From Candidatus Heimdallarchaeota archaeon (GTDB lineage: Archaea > Asgardarchaeota > Heimdallarchaeia > JABLTI01): a stretch of DNA of 64,000 nucleotides. Position 1 is the stretch's first letter. Each line of letters starts with the position of its first letter. The notes beneath the pieces were generated by a model, which saw nothing but the letters and a program-made list of their open reading frames with translations, was not told the origin of the DNA and searched no databases. Location of the stretch: positions 1 through 64,000 of the forward strand of contig JABCTZ010000007.1 of the NCBI GenBank assembly GCA_018238155.1, given 5' to 3'. The translations under genes and the position numbers were made by a program. Positions 29,164 to 40,262 of the stretch are shown one piece after another.

Positions 29164-29862
29164 TTAACATTTACTATTTACTACTTCCTTCCTGATTTTT
29201 CCAGAATGAAGATACAGTACTCTATCTGCAAGATGCATTATATTTTGATCATGAGTCACTAAAATCGCTGTTTTTTGTTGTTCTTTACAGATCATTCTAA
29301 TTAGCTCTATAACCTTAACACCTATCTCTTGATCCAATTGTCCTGTTGGTTCGTCAAAAATAATCATCTCTGGATCCTTTGCTAATGCTCTTGCAATTGC
29401 TACTCTCTGACGTTCTCCTCCCGAAAGTTGTGAAGGGAAATTATTCATTCTATCTTCTAGTCCCACCGCTCGTAATGCCTCTTCTGATTTTCGTTTCAAT
29501 TCCTTCCCTCTAATATCAACTAATCCCATCATTAATTGTATATTTTCAATAGCAGTTAGTGTAGGGATTAATGAGTAGAACTGAAAAACGTAAGCTAGTT
29601 TCTTCTTCCTGAAATTTGTTAAAGCTGCTGATTTTAGTTTGGTTATTTCTTCACCATTATAGGAAACTTTACCTGATGTAGGATAATCAATTCCCCCAAG
29701 AATATTCACTAAAGTAGTTTTACCGCTTCCTGAAGGACCCATTAGGAATAATATTTCTCCTTGCTGCACTTCAAAACTAACGTCTCTTAGTGCATGAACT
29801 GCTGTTGTTCCTAAAATATAATCTTTTACAAGCCCTTTTGCTTTGATATATGCTGCGTTCAT
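29164..29862 (-). CDS. LolD/MacB-type ABC ATPase
   Basis: GPSGSGKT, LSGGERQRVAIARAL and DEPTGQLD. Confidence 0.92.
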   Translation of the reverse strand: MNAAYIKAKGLVKDYILGTTAVHALRDVSFEVQQGEILFLMGPSGSGKTTLVNILGGIDYPTSGKVSYNGEEITKLKSAALTNFRKKKLAYVFQFYSLIPTLTAIENIQLMMGLVDIRGKELKRKSEEALRAVGLEDRMNNFPSQLSGGERQRVAIARALAKDPEMIIFDEPTGQLDQEIGVKVIELIRMICKEQQKTAILVTHDQNIMHLADRVLYLHSGKIRKEVVNSKC

Positions 29863-29989
29863 TTTTTCTCACATTGATTTCTTTTGTCAAAAGGATTAAA
29901 GATATTTTTCTACATCTGTAAGTTGAGAGTAGTCTATACTTCGCGTAACCTTTTTATATACTTTCGTACTTGACTCTAAATGAGACTAG

Positions 29990-30661
29990 ATGCAAGAAGA
30001 TATTAGACTACGGAAAGAAAAACGGCAAGAATCAATTTTAAAAACTGCTCTAATGGTTCTTTCCAAAGAAGGGTTTGATGGGCTTAGTATGCGGAAGATT
30101 GCCAAAGCAGAAGGAATATCTGAAGCTATGCTTTATCGATTCTACAAGAATAAATATGCCATTTTACAAATCATATTAAGGATAAATATTCAAAAAATCA
30201 CTGATGAATGGAAAAATTTTATGGCCACAGTTAAGGCATTAGTACCTAAACTTGAAATCTCTTTACCAATTATTGGTAAAATGATGGCTAAAACAATTTC
30301 TGAAAATCAAGCCTTTTTCCAATATATGATTAGGGATAGTCCTAAATTTGGAAGAGTCTTTTCTAGAATGACTCAAGAATCTGAAGAAGGATTTCAAGGT
30401 TTATTATTACTCCAGAATGCGCTTGAATCAATTGATATCATAGGTGTGTTAACTAACTATTTTAACCGATGTAAGAAAGCGGGGGATTTGCGAGATGATC
30501 TTTCACCTGAAAACTGCGCAATACTAATTACTTCTAATTTATTACCTTTAATTACTCATCTTCCAATTCTTGTACTCAAAATAAGCGAAGATGATATTGA
30601 TATTGTTAAACTCGTTGATACTCAAATTAAGGTCATGCTTAATGGAATGATTAGCAAATAA
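29990..30661 (+). CDS. TetR/AcrR family regulator, divergent from the ABC operon
   Basis: GFDGLSMRKIAKAEGISEAMLYRFYKNK HTH. Confidence 0.9.
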   Translation: MQEDIRLRKEKRQESILKTALMVLSKEGFDGLSMRKIAKAEGISEAMLYRFYKNKYAILQIILRINIQKITDEWKNFMATVKALVPKLEISLPIIGKMMAKTISENQAFFQYMIRDSPKFGRVFSRMTQESEEGFQGLLLLQNALESIDIIGVLTNYFNRCKKAGDLRDDLSPENCAILITSNLLPLITHLPILVLKISEDDIDIVKLVDTQIKVMLNGMISK

Positions 30662-30762
30662 GAGCTGAAAATGAATCGTTTTCGTCAGAAACAATAAAAA
30701 AAGTAGTGTCTATTTTTCCAATATTGCTTGAGCATTTAAATACCGATGGAACCTTTCAATCG

Positions 30763-31020
30763 ATACTTCTAACACCAATTGGCAGAATGGATATCAAAAA
30801 CCAACAATGTCTTTTTTAGGATGAAAAGTTTTATTACCTTATTGTGATGCTCATGAATAAAATAAAGAACGAAATTACTTATTGTCCTATAGGTTTTATT
30901 AAAACCCCATTTGATACTTCAGAAGGGATGCCTATTCAATCCTCTTTTACACAAGCAAAAGGAGCAATATTTCTTCGGAAGGAATTTCAAAAAGCCTTGA
31001 AAGGATTAGAAAATTTTTCC
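30763..31020 (+). repeat. Right copy of the ~260-bp imperfect direct repeat
   Basis: Aligns with ~26051-26307. Confidence 0.85.
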
Positions 31021-31356
31021 CACATCTATCTTTTATATCACTTTGACAAAGCACGTTCTATGAAATTACAAGTAAAACCATTTCTAAGTGAAGAAATGCT
31101 GGGTATTTTTGCAGTAAGAGCACCAAATAGACCTAATAGTATTGGTATTTCGATTGTCCGATTAAAACAAATATCAGCAAAGAATGATTTTATAGAAATT
31201 CAGTTTGAAGGTGCAGATATGCTTAATGGTACTCCTTTACTGGATATAAAACCTTACGTTATGGATTTTGATTCTCAAACTGATGTTCGAAATGGTTGGT
31301 ATGATAGTCGTGATATAGAAATAAATCAATCTGATAATAGATTTACAAAAGACTAG
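30844..31356 (+). CDS. trmO: tRNA m6t6A37 methyltransferase TrmO (TsaA)
   Basis: PIGFIKTPF, GIFAVRAPNRPNSIG and DMLNGTPLLDIKPY motifs. Confidence 0.9.
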   Translation: MMLMNKIKNEITYCPIGFIKTPFDTSEGMPIQSSFTQAKGAIFLRKEFQKALKGLENFSHIYLLYHFDKARSMKLQVKPFLSEEMLGIFAVRAPNRPNSIGISIVRLKQISAKNDFIEIQFEGADMLNGTPLLDIKPYVMDFDSQTDVRNGWYDSRDIEINQSDNRFTKD

Positions 31357-31499
31357 TGTTAAGGTTGATTTTGAAATATTCTATAGTGACAAAACTAATC
31401 TTTCGCGTTAAAAATAAGTTTTTCTATTTAAGAGAAATTAAAGGAATGATAGCAAACGAATTTACTACTATTTTTCTCTTTTATTTCTAATTAGGAGCA

Positions 31500-31910
31500 T
31501 TACTTACCATTTGGATTGGATGTTCCTTCTGGACGTAACCTGTAGACCAATACAAGTATACCTCCGACTAATACAATCAATCCACCAATTCCAAAGACTA
31601 TGATGCTAATAACTATCATTATAATGGAAGTTATGATTAAATCAAATCTAATTATAAAATCATAGATTCTCACTAAAAATAATTTCAATCCTATTACTAC
31701 AGCAAGAGCACCAAAATATATTGACACAATTGAACCCGCAATGGCATTTGCAAGTCCAATATATCCTGCTCCAAAAAACCAATTGATATTTCCTCCGGCA
31801 ACAGAAATAATTAACGACATTAATCCCATAACAACTGTTAAAATTCCCCCTATTAAACATAAAAGGAAACCGTAATCATCTAACGTTTTAATTGATATTT
31901 TTAACGCCAT
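31500..31910 (-). CDS. Small Gly-rich membrane protein
   Basis: Three to four hydrophobic segments. Confidence 0.6.
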   Translation of the reverse strand: MALKISIKTLDDYGFLLCLIGGILTVVMGLMSLIISVAGGNINWFFGAGYIGLANAIAGSIVSIYFGALAVVIGLKLFLVRIYDFIIRFDLIITSIIMIVISIIVFGIGGLIVLVGGILVLVYRLRPEGTSNPNGK

Positions 31911-32041
31911 TCAATCAAATCCAATACAAGAGTATGCAATTTATAATTTTCTTTTAAAGTATTCCAAAAATCTTTGTTTAATTCCATGATTTCTAGAAAA
32001 AGGTTTTTTGAGGTACTTTTAACACACCTCAAAAACACCAT

Positions 32042-33565
32042 TTAGAAATCGTCATCTGCTTCTTCAATAATAATTTCCTCGGATTCATCTTCCACTGAAC
32101 CACTGATTTTATCTCGCCATTTATCAACTACTGATGAAGCCCTAGTTTTAACAACACCAATTCCTTTTTTAGCCATCTCAATAGATTGCTCTTTAACTGA
32201 AACACCGATTTCTGCCGAAGCGCTTAATCCTTTTTTTGCAAGTGTAATAGTAGCATCGCGAGCAAACATCTTCCAATTAATTCTTCCTGCTTTTGCATCT
32301 TTTACAAATTTTTCAACATCTTCATACGGTGGGAGAAAGTTCAAGCGATAGATCTGTGGTGAGGTATAGCTTTTAAATTTACTACTTGAAGAATAGAGTA
32401 TGATACTTAGAATAACAACTACAGTAGCGAAAATCATTGTTATACTGTGACCAATTTGAACGACCCCTACATTTTTGAAAAAGAGAATTTCTTCGATGCT
32501 TCCAGGACTAAAACCTATTTTTAGAACCATACTGTGATAAGATAGCGCGAATCCCAATATCATCATAATTACTCCTCTTTCTGAAATAAACCTAAATACA
32601 TCACTAATGTAGAATTCCTCATTCGTTTCTTCCTGAATTTCCTTTTGTTTTGGCTCATCTGATGTAGTAATCTCAATTGTTTTCTCTGTTATTTCCTTAG
32701 GTTGAAAGTCTGAATCCAATTTCTCTACTTTCCGATAATATTTGGAGATACTGTTTAACAAGAAAAACGCTGAAACTAAAATACTAACCCAAGCTATATA
32801 ATTGGTGTCTCCTTTAACAAGTCGAAGAACTAATTGTATTGCATGAGAATTCGTCATTAGATAAAAGAATGGTAGAATTGTGTAAAATACATCATCTTTT
32901 CTAGCTAATCGCCAAACAACTACTAGTAAAAACAATCCCATTAAAATCCCAGTTGCGCTTGTCGAAATATACAATCCAGAAGCTAAAATAATTCCTTGGT
33001 ACATAAGATATCCATTCAATCCAATACAAGCAATAATGAGTGGTGTGAGTATCCCGCTGAATAACGCACTTCCTCCTTCCTTTTTACCCATAAATAGAAT
33101 ACTACCTGTTACTCTACTCCCAAGTAAATTCTTACTAAATGAAAAGGATGAAACTATTGTAATACACATCCAAAGACAATATAACACTGAGCAAATGATT
33201 GTAACTACTACAACATTATTTAGAAAAATGAAACCTGTAGTTATTCCTCCTGCAAAAAGAACTACTAAAAGTACATGCAAAAATACTGGTGTTTTAGCTA
33301 ATGCAAATCCAACAAGAATGTATGACATAGCAAATGCTAACTCAAAATAGAAGAGATAATTGATCAAATCTGCACGTGGAATACCAAAAATGACTAGGTT
33401 CACTGATTTAGAAATTATTGCTGTTAAAGTTGTCATTGCAATAATTACTAAAAAGAAGATTGTGTAAATTAGAAACTTCTTAGTAAATAGCGCTTTAAAA
33501 CCAGACGTAACAATATTTTTCAGATATTTGTAAACAGATTTTTCTACGTAGCTCATAACACTCAC
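32042..33565 (-). CDS. Polytopic membrane protein, function unknown
   Basis: About 10 TM segments; acidic C-terminal tail. Confidence 0.7.
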   Translation of the reverse strand: MSVMSYVEKSVYKYLKNIVTSGFKALFTKKFLIYTIFFLVIIAMTTLTAIISKSVNLVIFGIPRADLINYLFYFELAFAMSYILVGFALAKTPVFLHVLLVVLFAGGITTGFIFLNNVVVVTIICSVLYCLWMCITIVSSFSFSKNLLGSRVTGSILFMGKKEGGSALFSGILTPLIIACIGLNGYLMYQGIILASGLYISTSATGILMGLFLLVVVWRLARKDDVFYTILPFFYLMTNSHAIQLVLRLVKGDTNYIAWVSILVSAFFLLNSISKYYRKVEKLDSDFQPKEITEKTIEITTSDEPKQKEIQEETNEEFYISDVFRFISERGVIMMILGFALSYHSMVLKIGFSPGSIEEILFFKNVGVVQIGHSITMIFATVVVILSIILYSSSSKFKSYTSPQIYRLNFLPPYEDVEKFVKDAKAGRINWKMFARDATITLAKKGLSASAEIGVSVKEQSIEMAKKGIGVVKTRASSVVDKWRDKISGSVEDESEEIIIEEADDDF

Positions 33566-33677
33566 TCATTATCCGTGTCTTCTTTTTCTAAACTTAAATA
33601 TGAACCTTTGTTAATTACTCGATAAATCGCTTTTATAATCTAAATAGTTTTTAATCCTTGAAGTGATACTAGGAATC

Positions 33678-34391
33678 ATGAAAGCGAATCCATCAAAACA
33701 GTATGATGATATGGCAGAGCTTTATGCTCTGAAGAATGAATCCAGCTTACATAATGCTTTGTATGAGCGTCCTGCCACAAAAGCAATAATGCCCGATATT
33801 AAAGGTAAAAAAGTATTTGATGCTGGGTGTGGTACTGGAAATTTAACAGAGTGGTTAGTGGCTCAAGGTGCAGATGTTATTGCTTGTGACATTAGTGACG
33901 AAATGGTCAAATATACAAAAAAACGGTTGGGTGACAGGGCACAAGTTCGAGTAGCCGATCTTGGTAAACCACTTGATTTCATTAAAGATAATTCTATAGA
34001 TGTTATTGTATCATCACTTGTTCTTCATTATATCCGTAATTGGTTAAACGTCTTCACAGAATTTAGTCGTATTCTTAAGAAGAATGGCTATGTAGTTTTT
34101 TCAACACATCATCCTCATGCTGATTGGCACTGGTTCAATAAACCCAATTACTTTAAAAAAGAACTTTATAGTGAATCTTGGATCATTAATGGGAAACCTT
34201 ATCCTGTTAGTTTCTATCATAGAACTTTGGCAAGTATGTTTGCAATTTTCAGAAAAACTGGATTTTTTGTTGATATTCTTTTGGAACCTTTACCTATAAA
34301 AGAAGCAAAAGAAAAAGATCCTGAAATATATGAACGACTTTTAACTAATCCACATTTCATTTTCTTTCGGATGATAAAGAATCCTTCATAA
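33678..34391 (+). CDS. Class I SAM-dependent methyltransferase
   Basis: VFDAGCGTG, SSLVLHY and RILKKNG motifs. Confidence 0.9.
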   Translation: MKANPSKQYDDMAELYALKNESSLHNALYERPATKAIMPDIKGKKVFDAGCGTGNLTEWLVAQGADVIACDISDEMVKYTKKRLGDRAQVRVADLGKPLDFIKDNSIDVIVSSLVLHYIRNWLNVFTEFSRILKKNGYVVFSTHHPHADWHWFNKPNYFKKELYSESWIINGKPYPVSFYHRTLASMFAIFRKTGFFVDILLEPLPIKEAKEKDPEIYERLLTNPHFIFFRMIKNPS

Positions 34392-34642
34392 ATCTGTAAA
34401 TGTGTCACTTGCTATCAATACTATTTTAAAAATCGGTCCAAGTGATTTCTTAATTTAGATTTTTTTTTAATCTCTCGAAAAATAAAAATGATATTTTTTG
34501 AAATAAAAGTAAAAAAAAGCGAAATTTCGTAATGCTTCCTTTATAGAAGAAGCCTATACTAAATCCTTTTCTTAAGATAAATTATTAATTCCTCTGAAAT
34601 CTAAATACTTGTGTGAGGAATTTGTGTAGAAACTCATTATTA

Positions 34643-35320
34643 TTATTCAACTAGTTCCGATTGTGTCATTTTGAATATTTTATTATCCAATTTTTCAGCT
34701 TCTTTCATTAATTTTTTCGCAACACGTTTTGATGATCGAAGATTTAATCGATATAGGTTTTCTTTCGAAATTCCGCCGTTTGTTCTTCTCTCAGTTTTGA
34801 TGTAGTTTACATTTTCTAGTGTTCTTCGTTTGTTCTTTCCACTATAGAGAAAAGGTCTGATAAAACTGGCAATACCCATATCGGCTAAGAGATCTGCATC
34901 CTGTAAGATTTTCAATTCATCAGAGCGAATCATATCTACTTTGCTTGGTCTATCATCGTGATGTTTTACAAGGTCAACAACTTTTTCGATAAAATCGTTC
35001 TCAAACTTTCCTTGTTTAGTTAAGATTTCACGAGTCAATTTGGCTCCATAAATGGGGTGATCATCCCATTCCTTTTTGATTTTCTCTTCTGTATTTAGTT
35101 TTGTTTTACCAATATCGTGGAAAATTGCTGCTGTTAGGATTACTTCTTTTTCAATGCTTGCTTTTGATTTTCTGATTAAATCTTTGCAAGTCTCAAAAAC
35201 ACGTAAGGTAAAGAATGTTTCATCCCACTGTCCATAATAAAAGTGTTCTGTATTGGAATAGAGATCACAAACGATTTCGTACAATTTTTTGTAATCGGGG
35301 GGTGGCATTAAAATCTCCAT
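34643..35320 (-). CDS. HD-domain phosphohydrolase
   Basis: AAIFHDIGK, HHD and LQDAD motifs. Confidence 0.85.
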   Translation of the reverse strand: MEILMPPPDYKKLYEIVCDLYSNTEHFYYGQWDETFFTLRVFETCKDLIRKSKASIEKEVILTAAIFHDIGKTKLNTEEKIKKEWDDHPIYGAKLTREILTKQGKFENDFIEKVVDLVKHHDDRPSKVDMIRSDELKILQDADLLADMGIASFIRPFLYSGKNKRRTLENVNYIKTERRTNGGISKENLYRLNLRSSKRVAKKLMKEAEKLDNKIFKMTQSELVE

Positions 35321-35479
35321 TGATCCTTTGAAAAGGTTCTACCTACTTAATTATTAGGTGTTAGAAGTTAAATCTCTATCTTTTTAGACTTTTTGCTTAC
35401 AAACGATTTATTATTCTTGATTTCTCCCTTAAGAAACTTTTTTTATCATGAAGCTTACACTTTTGCATGGTGAAATTCT

Positions 35480-36307
35480 ATGTCCGAAACAGAAATAGAA
35501 TCCGAAATTGAAACTGAAGAAGCTCCTATACAGCCAGCTTCTAATTCAAATGAACATGTGAAAATACAAACTGTTTATGTTGATAGAGATATTGATCAAG
35601 AGGATGATAAGGGAAAGGAATACAAAGATAGAATGGTAATTCGTTCATATTCCTCAATGATTTTATTTATCCCCTCATTCATTACTGCTCTTATTTGCGG
35701 TATTGTTCAAATGAGTATAGACCTCTCATCAAAAGCTTTGCCTTATCCAGAGGCAAGTACAGGATCAGGATATGGGAATATAATTGGTATTATATTCTTA
35801 GTTATTTTCTCGTTAAATCTTATTCTGATTGCATTCGACTTTGATCGTGCAACAACTATTATTCTTGCTATTCTTTTTGTTGCTTTGATTGCTGTAATCT
35901 TACTTGTAAATGCATACACTGGCTTTCTTACAAGTGGCAATGGACCTAGTGTTGAAATGAGTATTTATTTCTCCTTTTGGGTTTACTATATTTTTGCTGC
36001 ATTATTGTTCTTTATCTTAGCATTCACTATGATTAGTGCCCTATTCAATTATTATATTGTTGAAGGAAACGAATTATTACATCACAAAGGATTTGGTGGA
36101 GGTATTGAACGATTTCCAGCATCCGATATGTCCATTGTGAAGGAATTCCCTGATCTAATTGAATTACTTATTTTCCGCTCCGGTACACTTATTTTAACTC
36201 CTATACGAACTAACAGAGCAATTGTCTTGAAGAATGTGATGCGTATCAACAAGAAAGTCAATGATATGAATGAGATTCTTTCTCGAGTAAAAGTTGATAT
36301 TAACTAG
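35480..36307 (+). CDS. Membrane protein with four TMs and a C-terminal soluble domain
   Basis: Hydrophobic segments; GGTGA SD. Confidence 0.65.
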   Translation: MSETEIESEIETEEAPIQPASNSNEHVKIQTVYVDRDIDQEDDKGKEYKDRMVIRSYSSMILFIPSFITALICGIVQMSIDLSSKALPYPEASTGSGYGNIIGIIFLVIFSLNLILIAFDFDRATTIILAILFVALIAVILLVNAYTGFLTSGNGPSVEMSIYFSFWVYYIFAALLFFILAFTMISALFNYYIVEGNELLHHKGFGGGIERFPASDMSIVKEFPDLIELLIFRSGTLILTPIRTNRAIVLKNVMRINKKVNDMNEILSRVKVDIN

Positions 36308-36435
36308 TTGTTGGCTTTTTCTAACAACTTTTTTCTCATTTTTTTCTCTTAATTTAGCCTTTTTTTCACTATCCATTTTTCAATCAATATGATAAGGTTT
36401 AAATATTGCTTAGATAGTTGTTTTACTATTAACTT

Positions 36436-36456
36436 TTTAGTGAGTAACTCACTAAA
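36436..36456. promoter_or_regulatory. Perfect palindrome TTTAGTGAG-N3-CTCACTAAA; putative heat-shock repressor operator
   Basis: 9-bp arms, ~35 nt downstream of a TTTAAATA box and upstream of hsp20. Confidence 0.65.
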
Positions 36457-36505
36457 CTGTGAGAAAAAGAACCTTGCAAAAAAGTTGTAAAATGAGGTAA
36501 TAATA

Positions 36506-37090
36506 ATGTCCTGGAGACGAAAAAAAGACGATGAATATGAGAAATGGAAGGAAATGTTTCCATGGTTGCCTTTTGATTTATTCGAAAATAGTGGATTCTT
36601 TAATGATGAATTCATTGCACAACTAATGGAAGAAGTAAATAAAATGATGGAACATTTTGATGCTTCGGACCCGGAAGCATTTAGAAAGAAAATGGGTCCA
36701 CTCACATGGGGATGGAATATGAGTATAGGTCCAGATGGGAAACCCGTTTTCAAAGAATTTGGAAATGTAAAACCATCAATAAAAGGGGCTCCTGTTGCAT
36801 CAAAAGATCGTGAACCACTTGTTGATATCTTCATAGAAGACAAGGTTGTTCGAGCAATTGTAGAACTTCCTGGAGTGTCCAAAAATGAAGTCAATGTCAA
36901 AACTACAGAGTCAAAAATTATTATCAGTGCAATAGGTCCTGATCGAAACTACTCTTGCGAACGAGAATTATCTGTAAAGATTAATCCGAAAACAGCTGTT
37001 GCGAAATATCGTAATGGAATCTTAGAATTAACTGTTGACAGAAAAGAACCAGCCAAAGTTGAGCCGGGATTTGAAGTAAAGATTGAATAG
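36506..37090 (+). CDS. hsp20: Archaeal small heat shock protein Hsp20
   Basis: GPDGKPVFKEFGN, REPLVDI, ELPGV and AKYRNGIL motifs. Confidence 0.92.
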   Translation: MSWRRKKDDEYEKWKEMFPWLPFDLFENSGFFNDEFIAQLMEEVNKMMEHFDASDPEAFRKKMGPLTWGWNMSIGPDGKPVFKEFGNVKPSIKGAPVASKDREPLVDIFIEDKVVRAIVELPGVSKNEVNVKTTESKIIISAIGPDRNYSCERELSVKINPKTAVAKYRNGILELTVDRKEPAKVEPGFEVKIE

Positions 37091-37134
37091 AATCTTTACT
37101 TTTATGAATTATTTAGTTACGTTTTACAAATATA

Positions 37135-39393
37135 ATGGAGATGTATGATATGTCATCTACTGGAATAAAAGATACAAATAGTGATAAATTAATACGTTTG
37201 CGGGTGTCAGATTCACAGTACAGAGATGTAGGCAAAGGTTTAGCTAGAATTGGACATTCAGTTATGAAACAATTGGGATTATCCGCAGGAGATATTATAG
37301 AAGTAGTTGGAAAAACACGAACAGCTGCAAAAGTATGGCCTGGTTATCCTGAAGATGAGAAAAAAGGAATCATCAGAATAGATGGTACTATTAGGTTAAA
37401 TTCGGGAGTAAAGCTAGACGAATTTGTTACAATAAAACCAATAAAACCTCCAACTGGGACCAAAGTGGTCGTTGCACCAACACAAAAAATCAGAGGGGAA
37501 CTTGATGGAAAGTTTCTTCTACAAATTCTTAATGGTCGACCTGTTTCTATAGGCGATCAAATTAGAATTCAAATACTTGGAGGAAATCAAATTGTTTTCA
37601 AAGTTGCAAGAGTTTCTCCTAAACAGATAAATACAGTTATTGTTTCAGAGAAAACATCTATCGATTTACGGTCTGCTCCCATAGCTACTGAGGATCAAAA
37701 AATAGCTCAAATTAGCTATGAGGATATTGGTGGATTGGAAGATGTTATTCAGAAACTTCGTGAAATGATTGAGCTTCCTTTGAGATATCCAGAAATCTTT
37801 GAAAAGCTTGGTGTAGAAGCTCCAAAAGGATTGCTTTTATACGGTCCACCTGGTACTGGTAAAACAATGTTAGCTAAAGCTGTTGCTGGTGAAACAGATT
37901 GTCACTTTATACACTTAAGTGGTCCAGAGATAATGTCGAAATTTTACGGTGAAAGTGAAGCCAATATACGCGGTGTCTTCAAAGAAGCAGAAGATAATGC
38001 TCCATCTATAATTTTCATTGATGAAATTGATGCAATTGCTCCAAAACGCGAGGAAGTAACTGGTGAGGTTGAACGAAGGGTTGTTGCCCAATTACTTGCA
38101 TTGATGGATGGTCTCCAGAGCCGTGGACAAGTTGTTGTTATTGCTGCTACAAACAGACCCAATTCTATTGATCCGGCATTAAGACGTGGAGGTAGATTTG
38201 ATCGTGAAATCGAAATCGGTGTGCCTGACACCGAAGGTCGATTTGATATACTTCAAATTCATACGCGAGGAATGCCTCTTTCAGAAGATTTTGATTTGGA
38301 ACGAGTTGCAAAAGTTACACACGGTTTTGTAGGTGCAGATATGGCTGCTCTTGTAAAAGAAGCAGCAATGAGTGCTTTACGAAACATTTTGCCGAAAATT
38401 GATTGGCAAGATGAAACAGTACCACCTGAAATATTACGAGAAATTGAAGTCACGCAGGCTGATTTTCAAAATGCTTTGGCGATGGTAGAACCCTCTGCTT
38501 TGCGTGAAGTATTTATTGAAAAACCTGATGTCACTTGGGATCAAGTTGGTGGCTTAGATGACGCTATTCGACAATTAAAAGAAGCAATAGAATGGCCAAT
38601 TAAATATCCTGAAGTTTTTGCCGCAGCTGGTGTGGAACCACCAAAAGGAATACTTTTATTTGGTCCACCTGGGACAGGTAAAACTCTTTTAGCAAAAGCA
38701 GTCGCAACAGAGAGTGAAACCAACTTCATTAGTATAAAAGGACCCGAAATGCTTAGTAAATGGGTTGGTGAATCAGAAAAAGCTATTCGAGAAATTTTCC
38801 GTAAAGCACGGCAATCTGCGCCTTGTATTATCTTTATGGATGAAGTTGATAGCATTACTCCTCGACGTGGAGGATCTGGTGAAAATAATGTTACTGAACG
38901 TGTCGTTAGCCAATTACTAACTGAAATTGATGGTTTGTCAAAGCTAAAGAATGTGGTAGTTATCATGGCAACTAATCGACCAGATATTATTGATCCTGCA
39001 ATCTTACGACCTGGAAGAACCGATCGTTACATTGGTATTGATTTACCAAATTTAAAAGATAGAAAAGCGATTTTCAAAATACATACTCAAAATATGCCCT
39101 TAGCAAGTACTGTAAACCTCAGTACTCTTGCTAAAGAAACTGAAGGATTTACCGGAGCTGATATTGCTTCACTGGTAAAGGAAACAGGCATGTTAGCAGT
39201 TAGAGATTTTATTACCAATTCAATGACACAAGAAGAAGCCATTGAGAAACTTTCAAAGAAGGAATTTAAAATTTCTCAAAAACTATTCGAACAAGCTTTA
39301 GTAAAAATCCACAAAGGAACACAAGAAGATTTGAAGAGATATCGTGGTATAAATGAAAAGTTTAAGGATGGCGAAGTTTCAACTTTCATTTAG
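37135..39393 (+). CDS. cdc48: Cdc48/VCP AAA+ ATPase
   Basis: N domain plus two AAA modules (GPPGTGKT twice, [18 protein letters not shown]). Confidence 0.97.
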   Translation: MEMYDMSSTGIKDTNSDKLIRLRVSDSQYRDVGKGLARIGHSVMKQLGLSAGDIIEVVGKTRTAAKVWPGYPEDEKKGIIRIDGTIRLNSGVKLDEFVTIKPIKPPTGTKVVVAPTQKIRGELDGKFLLQILNGRPVSIGDQIRIQILGGNQIVFKVARVSPKQINTVIVSEKTSIDLRSAPIATEDQKIAQISYEDIGGLEDVIQKLREMIELPLRYPEIFEKLGVEAPKGLLLYGPPGTGKTMLAKAVAGETDCHFIHLSGPEIMSKFYGESEANIRGVFKEAEDNAPSIIFIDEIDAIAPKREEVTGEVERRVVAQLLALMDGLQSRGQVVVIAATNRPNSIDPALRRGGRFDREIEIGVPDTEGRFDILQIHTRGMPLSEDFDLERVAKVTHGFVGADMAALVKEAAMSALRNILPKIDWQDETVPPEILREIEVTQADFQNALAMVEPSALREVFIEKPDVTWDQVGGLDDAIRQLKEAIEWPIKYPEVFAAAGVEPPKGILLFGPPGTGKTLLAKAVATESETNFISIKGPEMLSKWVGESEKAIREIFRKARQSAPCIIFMDEVDSITPRRGGSGENNVTERVVSQLLTEIDGLSKLKNVVVIMATNRPDIIDPAILRPGRTDRYIGIDLPNLKDRKAIFKIHTQNMPLASTVNLSTLAKETEGFTGADIASLVKETGMLAVRDFITNSMTQEEAIEKLSKKEFKISQKLFEQALVKIHKGTQEDLKRYRGINEKFKDGEVSTFI

Positions 39394-39455
39394 ATTGAGT
39401 GGAACTAAGAAATATACAATGACATAAATATTGAATAAAAGAAAAAAGTAAAGAG

Positions 39456-40163
39456 ATGGTGAAAATGACTGATACTGATCAGATATTCTTGGCTCTAAAG
39501 AGTGGAACAAGGAGAAAAATACTTTCTATGCTTGCATCAGAACCAATGTACCTTTCCCAATTATCATTTCAACTCAAGCTAGGTCAACAAGCCATTTTCA
39601 GACATCTTCAATTACTTGAAACAGCTGGTTTACTTGAATCTGATTTCAAAGATGCCGGTCAGGGTGCTCCTCGTAGATACTATTCAATTGCAAGAGCTGT
39701 ACGAGTTGAAGTGCAGATTTCTCCTGAAATGTTTGATGTTGGTTTGTTTGACGTTCCAAAAATAGATATACAAACACCTGAGGATTTTCCTGAACTTGAT
39801 GAAATAGTTCAAAAATGTGCTGAATTAGTAAAACAACCACATTCCAAAGCTAAACTTTCGGAATACAGTGAATTGTTGAAGAAACTTGGTGTAGAACTTC
39901 AAGATATAAATGTAGCAAAATCAATTGCAGAAGCAACATATTCCAACATACGTCACCAAATTCGTTCAATTTCTTACGAGCTGCTTCCTCAACGAATGGA
40001 TCAACGCATAGTTCAAACACTAGCTTCTCGAGGCGGCGTAATAGAAATTAAAAACTTGTCTATTATCCTCCATATTTCTGAAGTAACTTTAAATGAGCGT
40101 TTAATTGAATTGGAAAAGTATGGGTTGCTTCAAATAATTAAGAATAAAGTAAGTCTTGCTTAA
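39456..40163 (+). CDS. ArsR-type wHTH regulator, Phr/HSR1-like heat-shock repressor
   Basis: TRRKILSML...QQAIFRHLQLLETAGLL...GAPRRYY; in an operon with hsp20 and cdc48. Confidence 0.75.
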   Translation: MVKMTDTDQIFLALKSGTRRKILSMLASEPMYLSQLSFQLKLGQQAIFRHLQLLETAGLLESDFKDAGQGAPRRYYSIARAVRVEVQISPEMFDVGLFDVPKIDIQTPEDFPELDEIVQKCAELVKQPHSKAKLSEYSELLKKLGVELQDINVAKSIAEATYSNIRHQIRSISYELLPQRMDQRIVQTLASRGGVIEIKNLSIILHISEVTLNERLIELEKYGLLQIIKNKVSLA

Positions 40164-40262
40164 TCTTTTTAAGCAATTTATTTCCCCTTTTTTTCCTCAA
40201 AGAATCGTTATAAACGAATTTTTTTTAAATGCGAATAATATAGAACGCATAAGTGATTTAAT

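Noticed and set aside
36349-38966. Long antisense ORFs over hsp20 and cdc48, and similar ones over the ABC genes, nadE and hutU
   Set aside because: Shadow ORFs of well-supported genes on the opposite strand
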